A stretch of 64,000 nt of DNA from Eledone cirrhosa (lineage: Eukaryota): the NCBI GenBank assembly GCA_964016885.1, contig OZ024740.1, positions 378,696,001-378,760,000 of the forward strand, read 5' to 3'. Below, one piece after another: positions 50,101 through 64,000 of this stretch (the first letter of the stretch is position 1; each line of letters begins with the position of its first letter). The notes under the pieces are model-generated. The model saw only the letters and a program-made list of their open reading frames with translations, did not search any database and had not been told where the DNA came from. Made by a program: the position numbers and the translations under genes.

Positions 50101-53100
50101 GAATTAGGTTAAAGACAGGGTAGTAAGCCTTAAAGAAGTGCATAGAGAGGCGGGCGGGGTAGGAACTGAGGGTCGCATGGTAAATAACTGAGAGAGATAC
50201 AATAGGATTAGAATACCGCATGGTAAATATCCAAGTTAATACTACATCAGTAAAATTAACAATAATAACGTCATGAAAAACTACTAAGAGAAACCCTCGA
50301 AAATTTATCGCTAATACAGCAGGGAAAATTTAACGCTAATACAGTAGGGAACATCATAATATTAACAACAATATGTAGGCTAAAATACCTTCGTAGATTA
50401 GATGGATGGCTGGAAAAATTGGAATCAATTCTAGTGATACATTTTAGCAGAGAAGAATGGGAAAGTGTCTTATCTCTTCAATATTTTCAGATTGAATGAA
50501 TTAGGTTAAAGACAGGGTAGTAAGCCTTAAAGAAGTGCATAGAGAGGGGGGGGGGGGGGGTAGGAACTGAGGGTCGCATGCTAAATAACTGAGAGAGATA
50601 CAATAGGATTAGAATACCGCATGGTAAATATCCAAGTTAATACTACATCAGTAAAATTAACAATAATAACGTCATGAAAAACTACTAAGAGAAACCCTCG
50701 AAAATTTATCGCTAATACAGCAGGGAAAATTTAACGCTAATACAGCAGGGAACATCATAATATTAACAACAATATGTAGGCTAAAATACCTTCGTAGATT
50801 AGATGGATGGCTGGAAAAATTGGAATCAACTCTAGTGATACATTTTAGCAGAGAAGAATGGGAAAGTGTCTTATCTCTTCAATATTTTCAGATTGAATGA
50901 ATTAGGTTAAAGACAGGGTAGTAAGCCTTAAACAAGTGCATAGAGAGGGGGGGGGGGTAGGAACTGAGGGTCGCATGGTAAATAACTGAGAGAGATACAA
51001 TAGGATTAGAATACCGCATGGTAAATATCCAAGTTAATACTACATCAGTAAAATTAACAATAATAACGTCATGAAAAACTACTAAGAGAAACCCTCGAAA
51101 ATTTATCGCTAATACAGCAGGGAAAATTTAACGCTAATACAGTAGGGAACATCATAATATTAACAACAATATGTAGGCTAAAATACCTTCGTAGATTAGA
51201 TGGATGGCTGGAAAAATTGGAATCAACTCTAGTGATACATTTTAGCAGAGAAGAATGGGAAAGTGTCTTATCTCTTCAATATTTTCAGATTGAATGAATT
51301 AGGTTAAAGACAGGGTAGTAAGCCTTAAGGAAGTGCATAGAGAGGGGGGGGGTAGGAACTGAGGGTCGCATGGTAAATAACTGAGAGAGATACAATAGGA
51401 TTAGAATATCGCATGGTAAATATCCAAGTTAATACTACATCAGTAAAATTAACAATAATAACGTCATGAAAAACTACTAAGAGAAACCCTCGAAAATTTA
51501 TCGCTAATACAGCAGGGAAAATTTAACGCTAATACAGCAGGGAACATCATAATATTAACAACAATATGTAGGCTAAAATACCTTCGTAGATTAGATGGAT
51601 GGCTGGAAAAATTGGAATCAACTCTAGTGATACATTTTAGCAGAGAAGAATGGGAAAGTGTCTTATCTCTTCAATATTTTCAGATTGAATGAATTAGGTT
51701 AAAGACAAGGTAGTAAGCCTTAAAGAAGTGCATAGAGAGGGGGGCGGGGTAGGAACTGAGGGTCGCATGGTAAATAACTGAGAGAGATACAATAGGATTA
51801 GAATATCGCATGGTAAATATCCAAGTTAATACTACATCAGTAAAATTAACAATAATAACGTCATGAAAAACTACTAAGAGAAACCCTCGAAAATTTAACG
51901 CTAATACAGCAGGGAACATCATAATATTAACGACAATATGTAGGCTAGAAAACCTTCGTAGATTAGATGGATGGCTGGAAAAATTGGAATCAACTCTAGT
52001 GATACATTTTAGCAGAGAAGAATGGGAAAGTGTCTTATCTCTTCAATATTTTCAGATTGAATGAATTAGGTTAAAGACAAGGTAGTAAGCCTTAAAGAAG
52101 TGCATAGAGAGGGGGGCGGGGTAGGAACTGAGGGTCGCATGGTAAATAACTGAGAGAGATACAATAGGATTAGAATACCGCATGGTAAATATCCAAGATA
52201 ATACTACATCAGTAAAATTAACAATAATAACGTCATGAAAAACTACTAAGAGAAACCCTCGAAAATTTATCGCTAATACAGCAGGGAAAATTTAACGCTA
52301 ATACAGCAGGGAACATCATAATATTAACAACAATATGTAGGCTAAAATACCTTCGTAGATTAGATGGATAGCTGGAAAAATTGGAATCAACTCTAGTGAT
52401 ACATTTTAGCAGAGAAGAATGGGAAAGTGTCTTATCTCTTCAATATTTTCAGATTGAATGAATTAGGTTAAAGACAGGGTAGTAAGCCTTAAAGAAGTGC
52501 ATAGAGAGGGGGGGTAGGAACTGAGGGTCGCATGGTAAATAACTGAGAGAGATACAATAGGATTAGAATACCGCATGGTAAATAGCCAAGTTAATACTAC
52601 ATCAGTAAAATTAACAATAATAACGTCATGAAAAACTACTAAGAGAAACCCTCGAAAATTTATCGCTAATACAGCAGGGAAAATTTAACGCTAATACAGC
52701 AGGGAAAATGTAACGCTAATACAGCAGGGAACATCATAATATTAACAACAATATGTAGGCTAAAATACCTTCGTAGATTAGATGGATGGCTGGAAAAATT
52801 GGAATCAACTCTAGTGATACATTTTAGCAGAGAAGAATGGGAAAGTGTCTTATCTCTTCAATATTTTCAGATTGAATGAATTAGGTTAAAGACAGGGTAG
52901 TAAGCCTTAAAGAAGGGCATAGAGAGGGGGGGGGGGGGTAGGAACTGAGGGTCGCATGGTAAATAACTGAGAGAGATACAATAGGATTAGAATACCGCAT
53001 GGTAAATATCCAAGTTAATACTACATCAGTAAAATTAACAATAATAACGTCATGAAAAACTACTAAGAGAAACCCTCGAAAATTTATCGCTAATACAGCA

Positions 53101-54635
53101 GGGAAAATTTAACGCTAATACAGCAGGGAACATCATAATATTAACAACAATATGTAGGCTAAAATACCTTCGTAGATTAGATGGATGGCTGGAAAAATTG
53201 GAATCAACTCTAGTGATACATTTTAGCAGAGAAGAATGGGAAAGTGTCTTATCTCTTCAATATTTTCAGATTGAATGAATTAGGTTAAAGACAGGGTAGT
53301 AAGCCTTAAAGAAGTGCATAGAGAGGCGGGCGGGGTAGGAACTGAGGGTCGCATGGTAAATAACTGAGAGAGATACAATAGGATTAGAATACCGCATGGT
53401 TAATATCCAAGTTAATACTACATCAGTAAAATTAACAATAATAACGTCATGAAAAACTACTAAGAGAAACCCTCGAAAATTTATCGCTAATACAGCAGGG
53501 AAAATTTAACGCTAATACAGCAGGAAAAATGTAACGCTAATACAGCAGGGAACATCATAATATTAACAACAATATGTAGGCTAAAATACCTTCGTAGATT
53601 AGATGGATGGCTGGAAAAATTGGAATCAACTCTAGTGATACATTTTAGCAGAGAAGAATGGGAAAGTGTCTTATCTCTTCAATATTTTCAGATTGAATGA
53701 ATTAGGTTAAAGACAGGGTAGTAAGCCTTAAAGAAGGGCATAGAGAGGGGGGGTAGGAACTGAGGGTCGCATGGTAAATAACTGAGAGAGATACAATAGG
53801 ATTAGAATACCGCATGGTAAATATCCAAGTTAATACTACATCAGTAAAATTAACAATAATAACGTCATGAAAAACTACTAAGAGAAACCCTCGAAAATTT
53901 ATCGCTAATACAGCAGGGAAAATTTAACGCTAATACAGCAGGGAACATCATAATATTAACAACAATATGTAGGCTAAAATACCTTCGTAGATTAGATGGA
54001 TGGCTGGAAAAATTGGAATCAACTCTAGTGATACATTTTAGCAGAGAAGAATGGGAAAGTGTCTTATCTCTTCAATATTTTCAGATTGAATGAATTAGGT
54101 TAAAGACAGGGTAGTAAGCCTTAAAGAAGTGCATAGAGAGGCGGGCGGGGTAGGAACTGAGGGTCGCATGGTAAATAACTGAGAGAGATACAATAGGATT
54201 AGAATACCGCATGGTAAATATCCAAGTTAATACTACATCAGTAAAATTAACAATAATGACGTCATGAAAAACTACTAAGAGAAACCCTCGAAAATTTATC
54301 GCTAATACAGCAGGGAAAATTTAACGCTAATACAGCAGGGAACATCATAATATTAACAACAATATGTAGGCTAAAATACCTTCGTAGATTAGATGGATGG
54401 CTGGAAAAATTGGAATCAACTCTAGTGATACATTTTAGCAGAGAAGAATGGGAAAGTGTCTTATCTCTTCAATATTTTCAGATTGAATGAATTAGGTTAA
54501 AGACAGGGTAGTAAGCCTTAAAGAAGTGCATAGAGAGGGAGGGGTAGGAACTGAGGTTCGCATGGTAAATAACTGAGAGAGATACAATAGGATTAGAATA
54601 CCGTATGGTAAATATCCAAGTTAATACTACATCAG
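44145..54635. repeat. Tandem array of ~396-bp monomers (about 26 full plus 1 partial; 372-425 bp) with 14-monomer (~5.62 kb) higher-order repeat
   Basis: ggtaggaactgagggtcgcatgg recurs at ~44145, 44542, 44942 ... 54543; identical ORFs at 46061 and 51680 are 5619 bp apart. Confidence 0.97.
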
Positions 54636-54644
54636 TGTCTGCAT

Positions 54645-54825
54645 ATACATGTATGTGTGTGTATGTGTGTGAGAGATATAGAGGAATAGAGATAGAGAGA
54701 GAGAGAGATAGAGAGAGAGAGGGAGAGAGATAGAAGGAGAGAGATAGAAGGAGAGAGATAGAGAGAGAGAACAAGAGAGAAAACGAGAGAGAACGTGTGT
54801 GTGAGTGTGTGTATGCATGTGTATG
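54645..54825. repeat. (TG)n/(GA)n low-complexity tract
   Basis: Seen directly. Confidence 0.9.
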
Positions 54826-55469
54826 TTAATTTATGCCAAGATTTCATCTTTTAGTACGTTTGAAGTGAGAAAATAGAACATTTCTAAATAAACTAGTTCA
54901 TTGTAAATATCTGGTTTCAACTTATCTTGATTATTTTTACTTAGTGCATTTCTTAGTCTTATTTACAAAAGTACCTTTGCCAAACAACAGGTTGAAACAG
55001 AATTTTATTAGCTATGTTCTAAACTGTTATTATATTGAAAAGAAGGAGAAAAATGGTACAACATTTTAAGATATGAGCAATATGGAATATTTTTTAATAT
55101 TATTTCAGTATTTTCGAAATACTAAAACAATCTGCTAGTTGTATATTTCATATGCAATTTAATTTTATTTCATTGTAATACTTAAAATTTGTTAACACAA
55201 AACTTCAAAGCTGAAGTGGCTAGCAATATTAAAATAAACCAAGTATAATAACAGTTAAAATAACAAATAATTTTGTTGGTCTTAACTAATTTCAAACCAG
55301 ACAAAATGCTTACTCATTGAAAGGTTTATCCAGATGACTTCAGCTTCTTTATTTTAGCCTTCTTTTGTAACTGAATATAAAATAAGTTTATAGGGGAAAA
55401 GATGATATATATTCAGTCACCTTCTTTATAGTTATCTATCACAGAATTCCTGTTATGACCTGAAGGATT

Positions 55470-56290
55470 ACAATAAACAGGAAGGGCTGAAAACTGAGCC
55501 TTGATGGATTTCTTCCTGCACACTAAACTCAACACTATACTCATTGATAACCCTTACCTTGCTGGTTGCACCTCTGTACATGGCCTGCACAGCTCTCACA
55601 AGCCATTCCTTTATATCTACTTTTTTAAACACCCACCAGAGAATGGGATTCTGTCAAAGGCCATTTTCAGATAGATAAATGCTAAGCACAGGGGTTTATT
55701 ATTAACTAAATACTTCTCCTGCAGTTGCTTCACCGAGAAAATAGCCTCAACTTTCTTCATTATGTTTTTACTAAACAAGTGTCTAATCTGTATTTTGCTC
55801 CATCAGATAGATTAACGATCTAAACAACAATCCCTGAAAGACTGGCTGCCTCCCTTAACTTAATTTCTTTAATCACCTTATCTACTATACTGCTGTCAAA
55901 TTTAGTGGCTGGTTCCTCGGTTGGGTTTACTTGGAGTAGACTTTCACATTCCCATACATTTTCCTCATTCAGTAACCTCTTGAAATAGCACTTCCATGTA
56001 TCTTTCTTTTCAGCAATTGTAAGAGTATGTAAACCACTGTCATTCTGTACTAACTTCTCTCATATGGCTTCTTGATTCTTTCTTGTACACTGTCTTGAAA
56101 GACAGAACACTTACATCTCTGATCCCCATGCCAAACCTTTTCTTGACACACCTTTTCTTTCTGCTTCCTCTTTTGCTAAATAAACCTGATATCTAGCCTT
56201 TCTCATAACTACGTGGTATTGTTCCCTGCTACCCAATGACTTCTAGACTTTCCAAGCTTCTCTTAGCTTTTATGACCCTATCTACAAATG
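55470..56290 (-). mobile_element. Old degraded RTE fragment related to the PHD-RTE family
   Basis: Remnants of QLQEKYL..NKPL, EWLVRAVQAMYRG, HQGSVFSPFLFI. Confidence 0.7.
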
Positions 56291-56329
56291 TTATATGATT
56301 GTCTCGAAGGAGTTTCCAGTTATCCTCTT

Positions 56330-56366
<37 letters not shown>

Positions 56367-57799
56367 CTAGCATAGGTATACATCTGTATATATATGTTGG
56401 TAGATATACTAATTCTTTATAATTATCTCCAAATTATTTTGTTGAGCAAAAATTTGCCAAAACTACTGCTATGCTTCATAGTAATAGCCAGGCTACTGTC
56501 TTATTAGCACCCTTACTCCTCACTGATTGACCTCGATGTCACGTGATTGATTCTTTTGAATTCGCCACCGACTAAGTAGGCAGTGATTTTTTTAATGTCC
56601 TGGAATCTAGTCCTCGCTTGCTTTTTTCCATCCACTGAATTATTTGTGTATAAGTTCCCTGTGTCCACACTTTGCCTGGGAACTTAGCTGAGAACAGATC
56701 TCCCTGATGACGAAAGGATATTTCTCCATGTTGTTCCAATTGGAAACCATGTTTATTCCCTTTCAGAAACTAATTAGTTGGAGTGAAATTTTAGTAAGTA
56801 AGTAAATTTTTATAATTTTCTTATTTTACGTCTTTCATATATATATATATATATATATATAATTCCTTATTCCCCTTGTTAAGTACTTCCTCCAGTATGT
56901 CTCTAAATATTTGGCTCATCATTATCTTGTTCTTGTTGGTATTCATACATGGATTGGCCATCTCACTAGTTTGTTTTATGTAAAGCAGATGGTTAGAAAC
57001 ATGGGTGGTTATAAACAAAGTATTCCCTTCATTGCCATACTTATTCACAGCCATTCTCATCATTATTTCCTCATATATGTTGGATGCATCATTGTCTATA
57101 ATACCTTTGTTCATACCTAAATAGTCGCAGATACAACTTTCTGTTTGAAATGTAGTGTGCTGTTTTTCATATAGATAACAATTCAGATCAATCAAGTGAC
57201 TCAGAAAACTAGTTCTTTGTTTTTGCCTACACTAACAAGGATTTCTAACATAGGCACAAGACTATACATGTTGTTCATTATACTGACACTTATATACTCA
57301 TCCTGAAGGATGACTGGCAAAGCTGGTTCAGACATGAATTTATAATCAGAACGCCTATTTTGTTACACTAAATATTATCAGCTTATTTTAAAAAATCTTA
57401 ACTAAATTTTGCATGTCAAATAAGTCAGATACTGCTGTAATTGAAACAAATCTGTTTACCTAAAGTATTAGCCCAATAGGTCAAACACTTTAGCATTTAT
57501 TTGTATCTGAAATGTAAGTATTGAAGTATAAAACCATAATGTTAACAATCATTACTCCTTTGTGTATTAAATAATATGTATAAATAAATAATTCAGTATG
57601 TAAAGCATATTTTCCAGATCGGCAATTATTTACTTATTTTAATCATTATTGAAATGATATCAATTGTTAAAGCTTGGTGAAGTAATGCACCAGCTTCAGC
57701 ACTCTGTCATTAGAAGAAGAGAGGTAGCTGTAAAAGCCAACTTGATATCTTTAATTCATTGTTCATGCCTACCCTTACATACTGTCATGAATCTTAGAT

Positions 57800-58265
57800 A
57801 ATGACCAAAACAATACAATTGTGAATGTAAGCAACCAAAATGAGGTCCCTCTGAAACATCTTTGGAATAAAATTATTCGATAAGGTGCATAACTTGGAGA
57901 TCCAGGTAGAGTTGCTACTCCTCAAACCAAGAAATTACAGCTCTGGGACTATTGGGACTATAGACATGTGATTAGAATGTCTCAGGAAAGAATCACTGGA
58001 TAGATTTTATGGGCAAATCCAGCTAGCAGGAGACTCTTGAGCAAGATTAGTTGGTCTCACTTGGGGATCCATCAAAATAAATTGGAGACAGTTGCTTCTA
58101 ATAGGACCCTTTGGAAGGTATGTCTGAGGAATCTGTCTCCCTGACCCTACCAGGAAGAAGAAGAAGAAGGAGAAGAAGAAGAAGAAGACAAAGAAGAAGA
58201 AGAAGAAGGAGGAGGAGGAGGAGAATATGGTGATGAGGATGAATACGAAGATCATCGAAATGATC
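57800..58265 (+). mobile_element. Degraded RTE 3' fragment with (GAA)n/(GAG)n tail
   Basis: Related to 20653-21030 (QLWDY..HVIRMSQERI..ILWANP). Confidence 0.55.
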
Positions 58266-58349
58266 ATTACTTTTCTTTCATTTAAATCTTTACAAAACTG
58301 TCTGAGAAATTTCCCTTTGTAATATAAAATAATTTTTTTGTTTTGACAG

Positions 58350-58565
58350 TGCTGTGAACAATGGTTTGCTTGATACCTATCAGTTAAAATCTCTGGATGG
58401 TATTGCTGAAGCTTTCCTTTCTGATGAAACTAAACTTATGTCAAAGAATGGAAAATTTCAGTTGGTTACAGATGAAGAATATTTTGATAATTTTTCATTT
58501 CGTGAATCATATGATGTGATTATAAGATGTCTAGGATTTACTTTTGACAATGATCTATTTAACAA
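58350..58565 (+). CDS. FOXRED2: FOXRED2-like coding exon
   Basis: AVNNGLLDTYQLKSLDG...DNFSFRESYDVIIRCLGFTFD; gacag acceptor and gtaag donor; in frame with exon ending 39836. Confidence 0.95.
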
Positions 58566-58578
58566 GTAAGCTTTGCAT

Positions 58579-58581
<3 letters not shown>

Positions 58582-58636
<55 letters not shown>
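58582..58636. repeat. (TA)n microsatellite
   Basis: Seen directly. Confidence 0.95.
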
Positions 58637-58640
<4 letters not shown>

Positions 58641-59149
58641 TTATTTATGTAATTGATGTTTTCAGTAAAAGTATGTTTAATTTTATTTCCCCTGTGAGTT
58701 GTTAAAAGATGTATTATATAAACCACAATATAAATATATTAAATCAAACAGCAGATGAAATTTCTATCAGAAACATAACAGAAATATGATTTAGATATTT
58801 GCAAATAGTACTTTCAAAACTTTCATTGATGTAATATAGTTTGCTGTCAGTGATTTATATTATTTAAAATATGCTACCAGTGAAGTGAGATAGGTTAGTG
58901 TTTGGTTAATATATCAAAGTAAAATATGTCAAGATAATGTAATCTAAAATCTGCCAAAAGAAAACAAGGTAAGATTAAATAAAATAAGAAAAAGTAAAAA
59001 CAATACATGTTATAGTAACATTACATAAGTTTATAAACAGATATTATTTCCAAACTCAGTATGAATAGCATAAGACCACACATTGATGAGTGTCTTACTA
59101 TCTTGCAGTGCTAAGCTCAAGTCCAGTCAATGACATGGAAACTAATGGA

Positions 59150-59372
59150 GAGCCATTGCAATATGTCTGCCTACTCATTTTGGCTATGAGAGATATATCA
59201 TCAACATATAGGTGCTCCCATGGACAAACAGTCTTGAATTCCTTTGTTATGGCATGGAGGATTATAATAAATAGGAGAGGGCTGAGAACTGTGCCTTGGT
59301 GGATTCTCATCTCAACACCAAATTCATCCTTATCCTGATTGTTAACCTTCACCTTGTTGGTTGCACCTCTCT
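59150..59372 (-). mobile_element. RTE RT fragment
   Basis: [35 protein letters not shown]. Confidence 0.78.
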
Positions 59373-60930
59373 AGGAAATATTGTTGGTAGTGACCTGTTA
59401 AGTAAGTGGATAGTATATAAATGAGTTCTAAATCTCCTGTTTGCTTGTATGATTTAAATATTTTACCATGCAATATCAAAACAGTGACTGATTTTCTTTA
59501 GTCAATGGATTCAGTGAAAGGAAATGATTACTTCTATTCTTTTCAGAAGATATTTTCAAAGTAATCGAAATGAATCAAAGCTGGACTGTACTCTCAGTTT
59601 TCTTGTTTTCTAAATGTCATTACATTTAGAAAACAAGAAAACTGTGTGTAATGATACGATGCAATAAATATTCTATTGTTAATATTTAATATAGATATTA
59701 CTAGAATCAAAGTTAAATTTTCGTTTCAAGGCATTAAGATGTTAGTTCTAAGTTATGCACTTGGCCTTTCTTCAATATCATTATAGGAGACAGATTATTC
59801 TAACACTTTTTTATGTGTGTGCATGTACATGTGCTTGAGTTGGATAAATTATTTATTATATTTTGAATATATATATATATATTGGCCAGAAAATAAACTG
59901 CCAAGATATCAACAGTTTAAACTATTCAGTGATTCAGAAAATGTCAACAAATTCCTTTGAGTCATTTTACATAGTAATTTATTGATTATTGCAGCCTGGC
60001 AACTGGGTTTTTTTTTGTTAACAATGAGTATTAGTACATGAAATCACAACTCAAGTTACTTATTCTTATATGCATTATTTTTTCATCCATAAAAATGGGA
60101 ATTCTCAAACATATTTTTTTATTTGAAAAACAATGTTTGTGTCTACATAAACACAATATTAAATAAACAAGAACTGTTATTTTTATGAAGTTATAATACT
60201 AGTCAATGTTTTAGAGTTTGGAAAAAAATAGTACTGGTTTAATGTTTTCTTTAAAAAAGATTTGCAACTTTATGTTAAAATATCCTAAGTAAATTTTAAA
60301 ACTGTTTTCACATCTAATTTTCTATGGATTCTTAAATTTTCTGTTTTTCATGAATTATGAAACATAAGATTTTTAATGTTAAACCTTTCCTGATCAAAAC
60401 CAGTACTTAGCTCTTGTTTCAGTCGAGGGAAGAGATAAACAGTCATTCTCCTTGGATAGGATCACAAACTATTTATTGTATACAGGCTTTCTTGAAGGAT
60501 GAATTGGACTTAGTGCAGCAAACCAATGTACTATATTACTGTAATTACTGAGAATGATAGACTATCAGACCATGTGACAATTAGAACACATGAAAAATTA
60601 ATGTTTGAGCTAGCAACAATGTGTTATAATAGTCACATGGGTCAAATCACTTCTTTCAGCAAGATGTCAAATGCTCACCATATATACTTGAATATAAATT
60701 GAGGAAAATATTCAAGTAAATATGAAACAGTATTTTTCTTTATTTATTGTATCATCATGAGTTTTATTTATGCATTGCCTTGAGAACATTCCCAACAAAC
60801 TTTTATTATTTGAACTTTTTAATAAATCCCCTACACATAAATGCATACACGCATGTACATGTGCACTGACTGTTTTTTTCTGTAACTTTATACTTCTTTC
60901 AATCTTGTTTTGTTTTATTTCACTCGTTTG

Positions 60931-60933
60931 CTC

Positions 60934-61023
<90 letters not shown>

Positions 61024-61035
61024 CTCGCTGTCTCT
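60931..61035. repeat. (CT)n microsatellite
   Basis: Seen directly. Confidence 0.95.
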
Positions 61036-61209
61036 TCCTCACCCTTCTATTCTGAATCCTTATACAGTGTTTCTCTTAGTTGATCTCTTTCAACTATTCC
61101 CTATTCAATTTGACCTTCTCCTAGTGGTTTTAATGATTTCCATAATAGTTAAAGAAATTCTTTTTTTTTAATAATACCATAAATGTTTTGATTAACTTAT
61201 AAATGGGAT

Positions 61210-61400
61210 TTGAATGTTTGCCCATTTCTCAGGCATAGAATAGGGGGGGTGGGCAGTACTTATATTCAAGTATATCTGGTAATTAATTTGCTCATTTGCA
61301 TTTACATGATTTTTGTAATTGTGAGGTTTGAACTCAGAACGTAAAGGGATGTAACTATATGCCACAAAGCATGATGTTCAATGCTCTACTGATACTGATA
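61210..61400 (-). mobile_element. Diverged SINE family A copy
   Basis: tttgaactcagaacgtaaaggg...aagcatgatg...tactgatactg matches the SINE head in reverse. Confidence 0.6.
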
Positions 61401-61889
61401 ATAAAAACAAAGCTGCTGTATTAATTACAAGACAATGTTAGACCTAATTCTGAATCAAAAATAAAAGTACAGAGCAGTTTGTTTCAATTTATTTCTTATT
61501 GCTATAAACAGCCTTTATCTTTCGGTTATATGGTACAATAATTTTACTTCACAACAGATTTGGTTTTATATTTACTAAGCAAAACCTCACAAGTTTTATA
61601 GAACACCTGATGATAAATATTTAAATATTCCTAACATTATCCAGCCTGCATGTGCACACACACACACACATGTTCCCTCTCCCTCTCTTGCTCTCCCATG
61701 CTTTCTCTCTCACTCTCCCATACTCTCTCTCTATCTCATACACACTTATATATGATGCATTGAGATATATGTGAGAAATTGACCTTAACTATAGATGGAA
61801 GCAAAATTGAAAGAGCAAGACATTTATTTCACATTGCTCCAGTTTACTCAGCTGTAGAAATGAGATGATAGGGACTGGGGTCCCTATCA

Positions 61890-62060
61890 TTCCACTGCAA
61901 AGTGGTCGTGGAGGTGCCACGGCAAAAAAGCACCCAGCACTCACTGTAAATGAGGTTGGTGTTAGGAAGGGCATCCAGCTGTAGAAATCAAGCCAGCATC
62001 AATTCCCGTCCCACCCGTGCAAGCAGGGAAAAGCGAACGTAAAATGAAATGATGATGAAA
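61890..62060 (+). mobile_element. Short 3' end of the PHD-RTE family (or a SINE sharing that tail)
   Basis: ggcaaaaaagcacccagcactcactgtaaatgaggttggtgttaggaagggcatccagctgtagaaatcaagccag is the reverse complement of parts of 40603-40730; gatgatg tail. Confidence 0.75.
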
Positions 62061-64000
62061 TGATGCAATATGTAAATAAAGCAGAGATATAATAGAAGAG
62101 AATGTGTAGTCTATATATGAATGTTGGAAAATTTGATAAATTAAATTCAATACGTAGGAAGAAAGCATTCCAACATTTATTTTATTGAACGTATTTTATT
62201 TCCCAATTTCAGCACAAGGACTGCAACTGACTGTTTTTGCTTGGTCTTCTTTAATGCTTCTCAATTTTAGGTTTTAATTCCTCGTTTATAAATCTTTCTT
62301 TAGCATTTAAACTGGCTGTATCCAGCCAGAATTCTCTCACCTCTTTCTGTTTGAAGTGGTTGTAACTGGCTGCTCATACTTATGATAAGGTATTGTTCCC
62401 AAAATAAATAATATCAAAATCTCATAGACTTGATATTATGTGAGATTGTTATGTGAGGTAAAGCCTTTACCATGAAAATATAGTAGTATATATAGAGTAA
62501 TGTAAATGGTAAAGGGTTAAATTTTGACAGATTCAGCTATGAAAACTAGGACATCGAGATATAGGGTTGCCCACAGCCAGATAATGTAGAGATTTCAGAT
62601 TATACTCTTAAAATCTTAATTATTTATAAATTAAATTTAGCATGTTATTGACCCTGCTTTCACAATAGGAACAATCCTTGAAAAAGAGAGGGAAGAATAA
62701 AATTATCAAATAATTTCAACATAATGCATTGAAAGAATTTTAATAAAACATATTAGGAACTACATGATGAAAAATATGAGAAAATGAACTGATTAATACT
62801 GTCTAATCAACACTATTATGGTAACAGACTTTAAACTAATGCTGACAGTGATGAGTAGGTGGAAACATAATATTGGAAGAAATCACACTTTGTACAATAC
62901 TTTTAAATTACTGGATATACATTCAATATTGAGATATTGAATATCATTGTAAATGGTTTTAGATGTAGATTTTGTAAAGAAGTTGTTAGGACAACTATTC
63001 TACATATTGAAAATTATCATCATCACTTAATGCCTGTTCTCCCTGAAAGCAAGAGTTTGAAGGATTGTCACAGATGAAGTCAATACGCAAGCAGAGCTAT
63101 TGACCTCTTAGATAAACCAGAGAGCTAATCATTACCATTCAATGTCTGTTCTCACTGTTAGCTAGGGTTGGATGAGTCGTCACAAATAAAGTCAGTAACT
63201 CAAGCAGAGTTACTGATCACTCGGTTGAACCAGGGGTCTGCACCTCACTTAGATACATTTTCCCAATTTACCAAGTGCTCAGACAGGCTAAATTCCAGTA
63301 TTTAATTTACATAGATTCCCAACCTCCACCGAGTGCATTTTATCATGGCATTAGCACTAGGGAGGTTGCCCTGTCTTTGACACAGCTGAAGAGTCCTCCT
63401 AGTGTGATATAAGGTTGAAAATGATTAACAGTACCTTGAAACAAGAAGATATTACTGAATAATTGAGAGCTGGTAATGCCTATTACTATGATTAGTCAGG
63501 TGAAAGTGGAAAAATCTATGAGATTTGCAGGTCCCCAGGACTGGTGGGATTGAAACAGTTGGTGTTCATCTTAAATATTTGTACGCAGGAAAAATGTCTG
63601 TGGTGGAGGAAATTTCAGTGTATAGCAATTCTGAAGAAGATGGAATAGGGGCATTGTGAGATTTAGCAAACAAGAAGCAGTCAGGGTGACAATTGAAGAA
63701 GAGATTGATGAGTTTAATTGGCTTGAGGTAAGATGGTAGATAGTTGAGCAGTGTCAAACCCATTAAAATAGCAACAGAGGCATAATGAAGAAACAACAAG
63801 CTACTGTTTGAAGCCAGTTACTGATTGAATATCCACCTCTCAGTCAAATAGCTTTTTGAATTATTTCAGATGTTTGTGTGTGTAGAAAAAGGTCTCTCTT
63901 GTATATGTCAACAGTATTCTAATGTGGGTAATACTTGAAGTATTTAGCATTTCAACAATTAATCAGATCTGAAATGGAATTCTAATTTTTGTGATTTAAT

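Noticed and set aside
44145-54635. CRISPR-like array, or retrozyme/hammerhead satellite
   Set aside because: Units are near-identical with no unique spacers, the context is eukaryotic, and I found no CTGANGA..GAAA hammerhead core on either strand of the consensus monomer

Overview
Repeat-rich, AT-rich animal genomic DNA; the SINE and microsatellite style suggests a coleoid cephalopod such as octopus (inference). One host gene is visible on the + strand: a FOXRED2/ERFAD-like flavoprotein with four coding exons (16742-16961, 24226-24556, 39716-39836, 58350-58565). One exon required by frame was not found, possibly lost in the 200-N gap at 37430-37629, and the gene continues past the window. Most other recognisable sequence is retroelement-derived: (1) an essentially intact, full-length Tx1/L1-clade LINE (2068-8100) embedded in (TTA)n beside two Dong/R4-like RLE elements at the same microsatellite; (2) a Penelope-like element with ~500-bp inverted pseudo-LTRs carrying minimal hammerhead ribozymes, plus further hammerhead relics; (3) several RTE-clade LINEs, including a family with a PHD finger inside the RT and two copies with 5'-inverted (twin-priming-like) geometry; (4) CRE-like fragments and many tRNA-derived SINEs. 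The most striking structure is a ~10.5-kb array of about 26 monomers of ~396 bp with nested higher-order periodicity (44145-54635), joined directly to the 5' UTR of a near full-length RTE element. All family assignments come from motif recognition by eye; no database searches were run.
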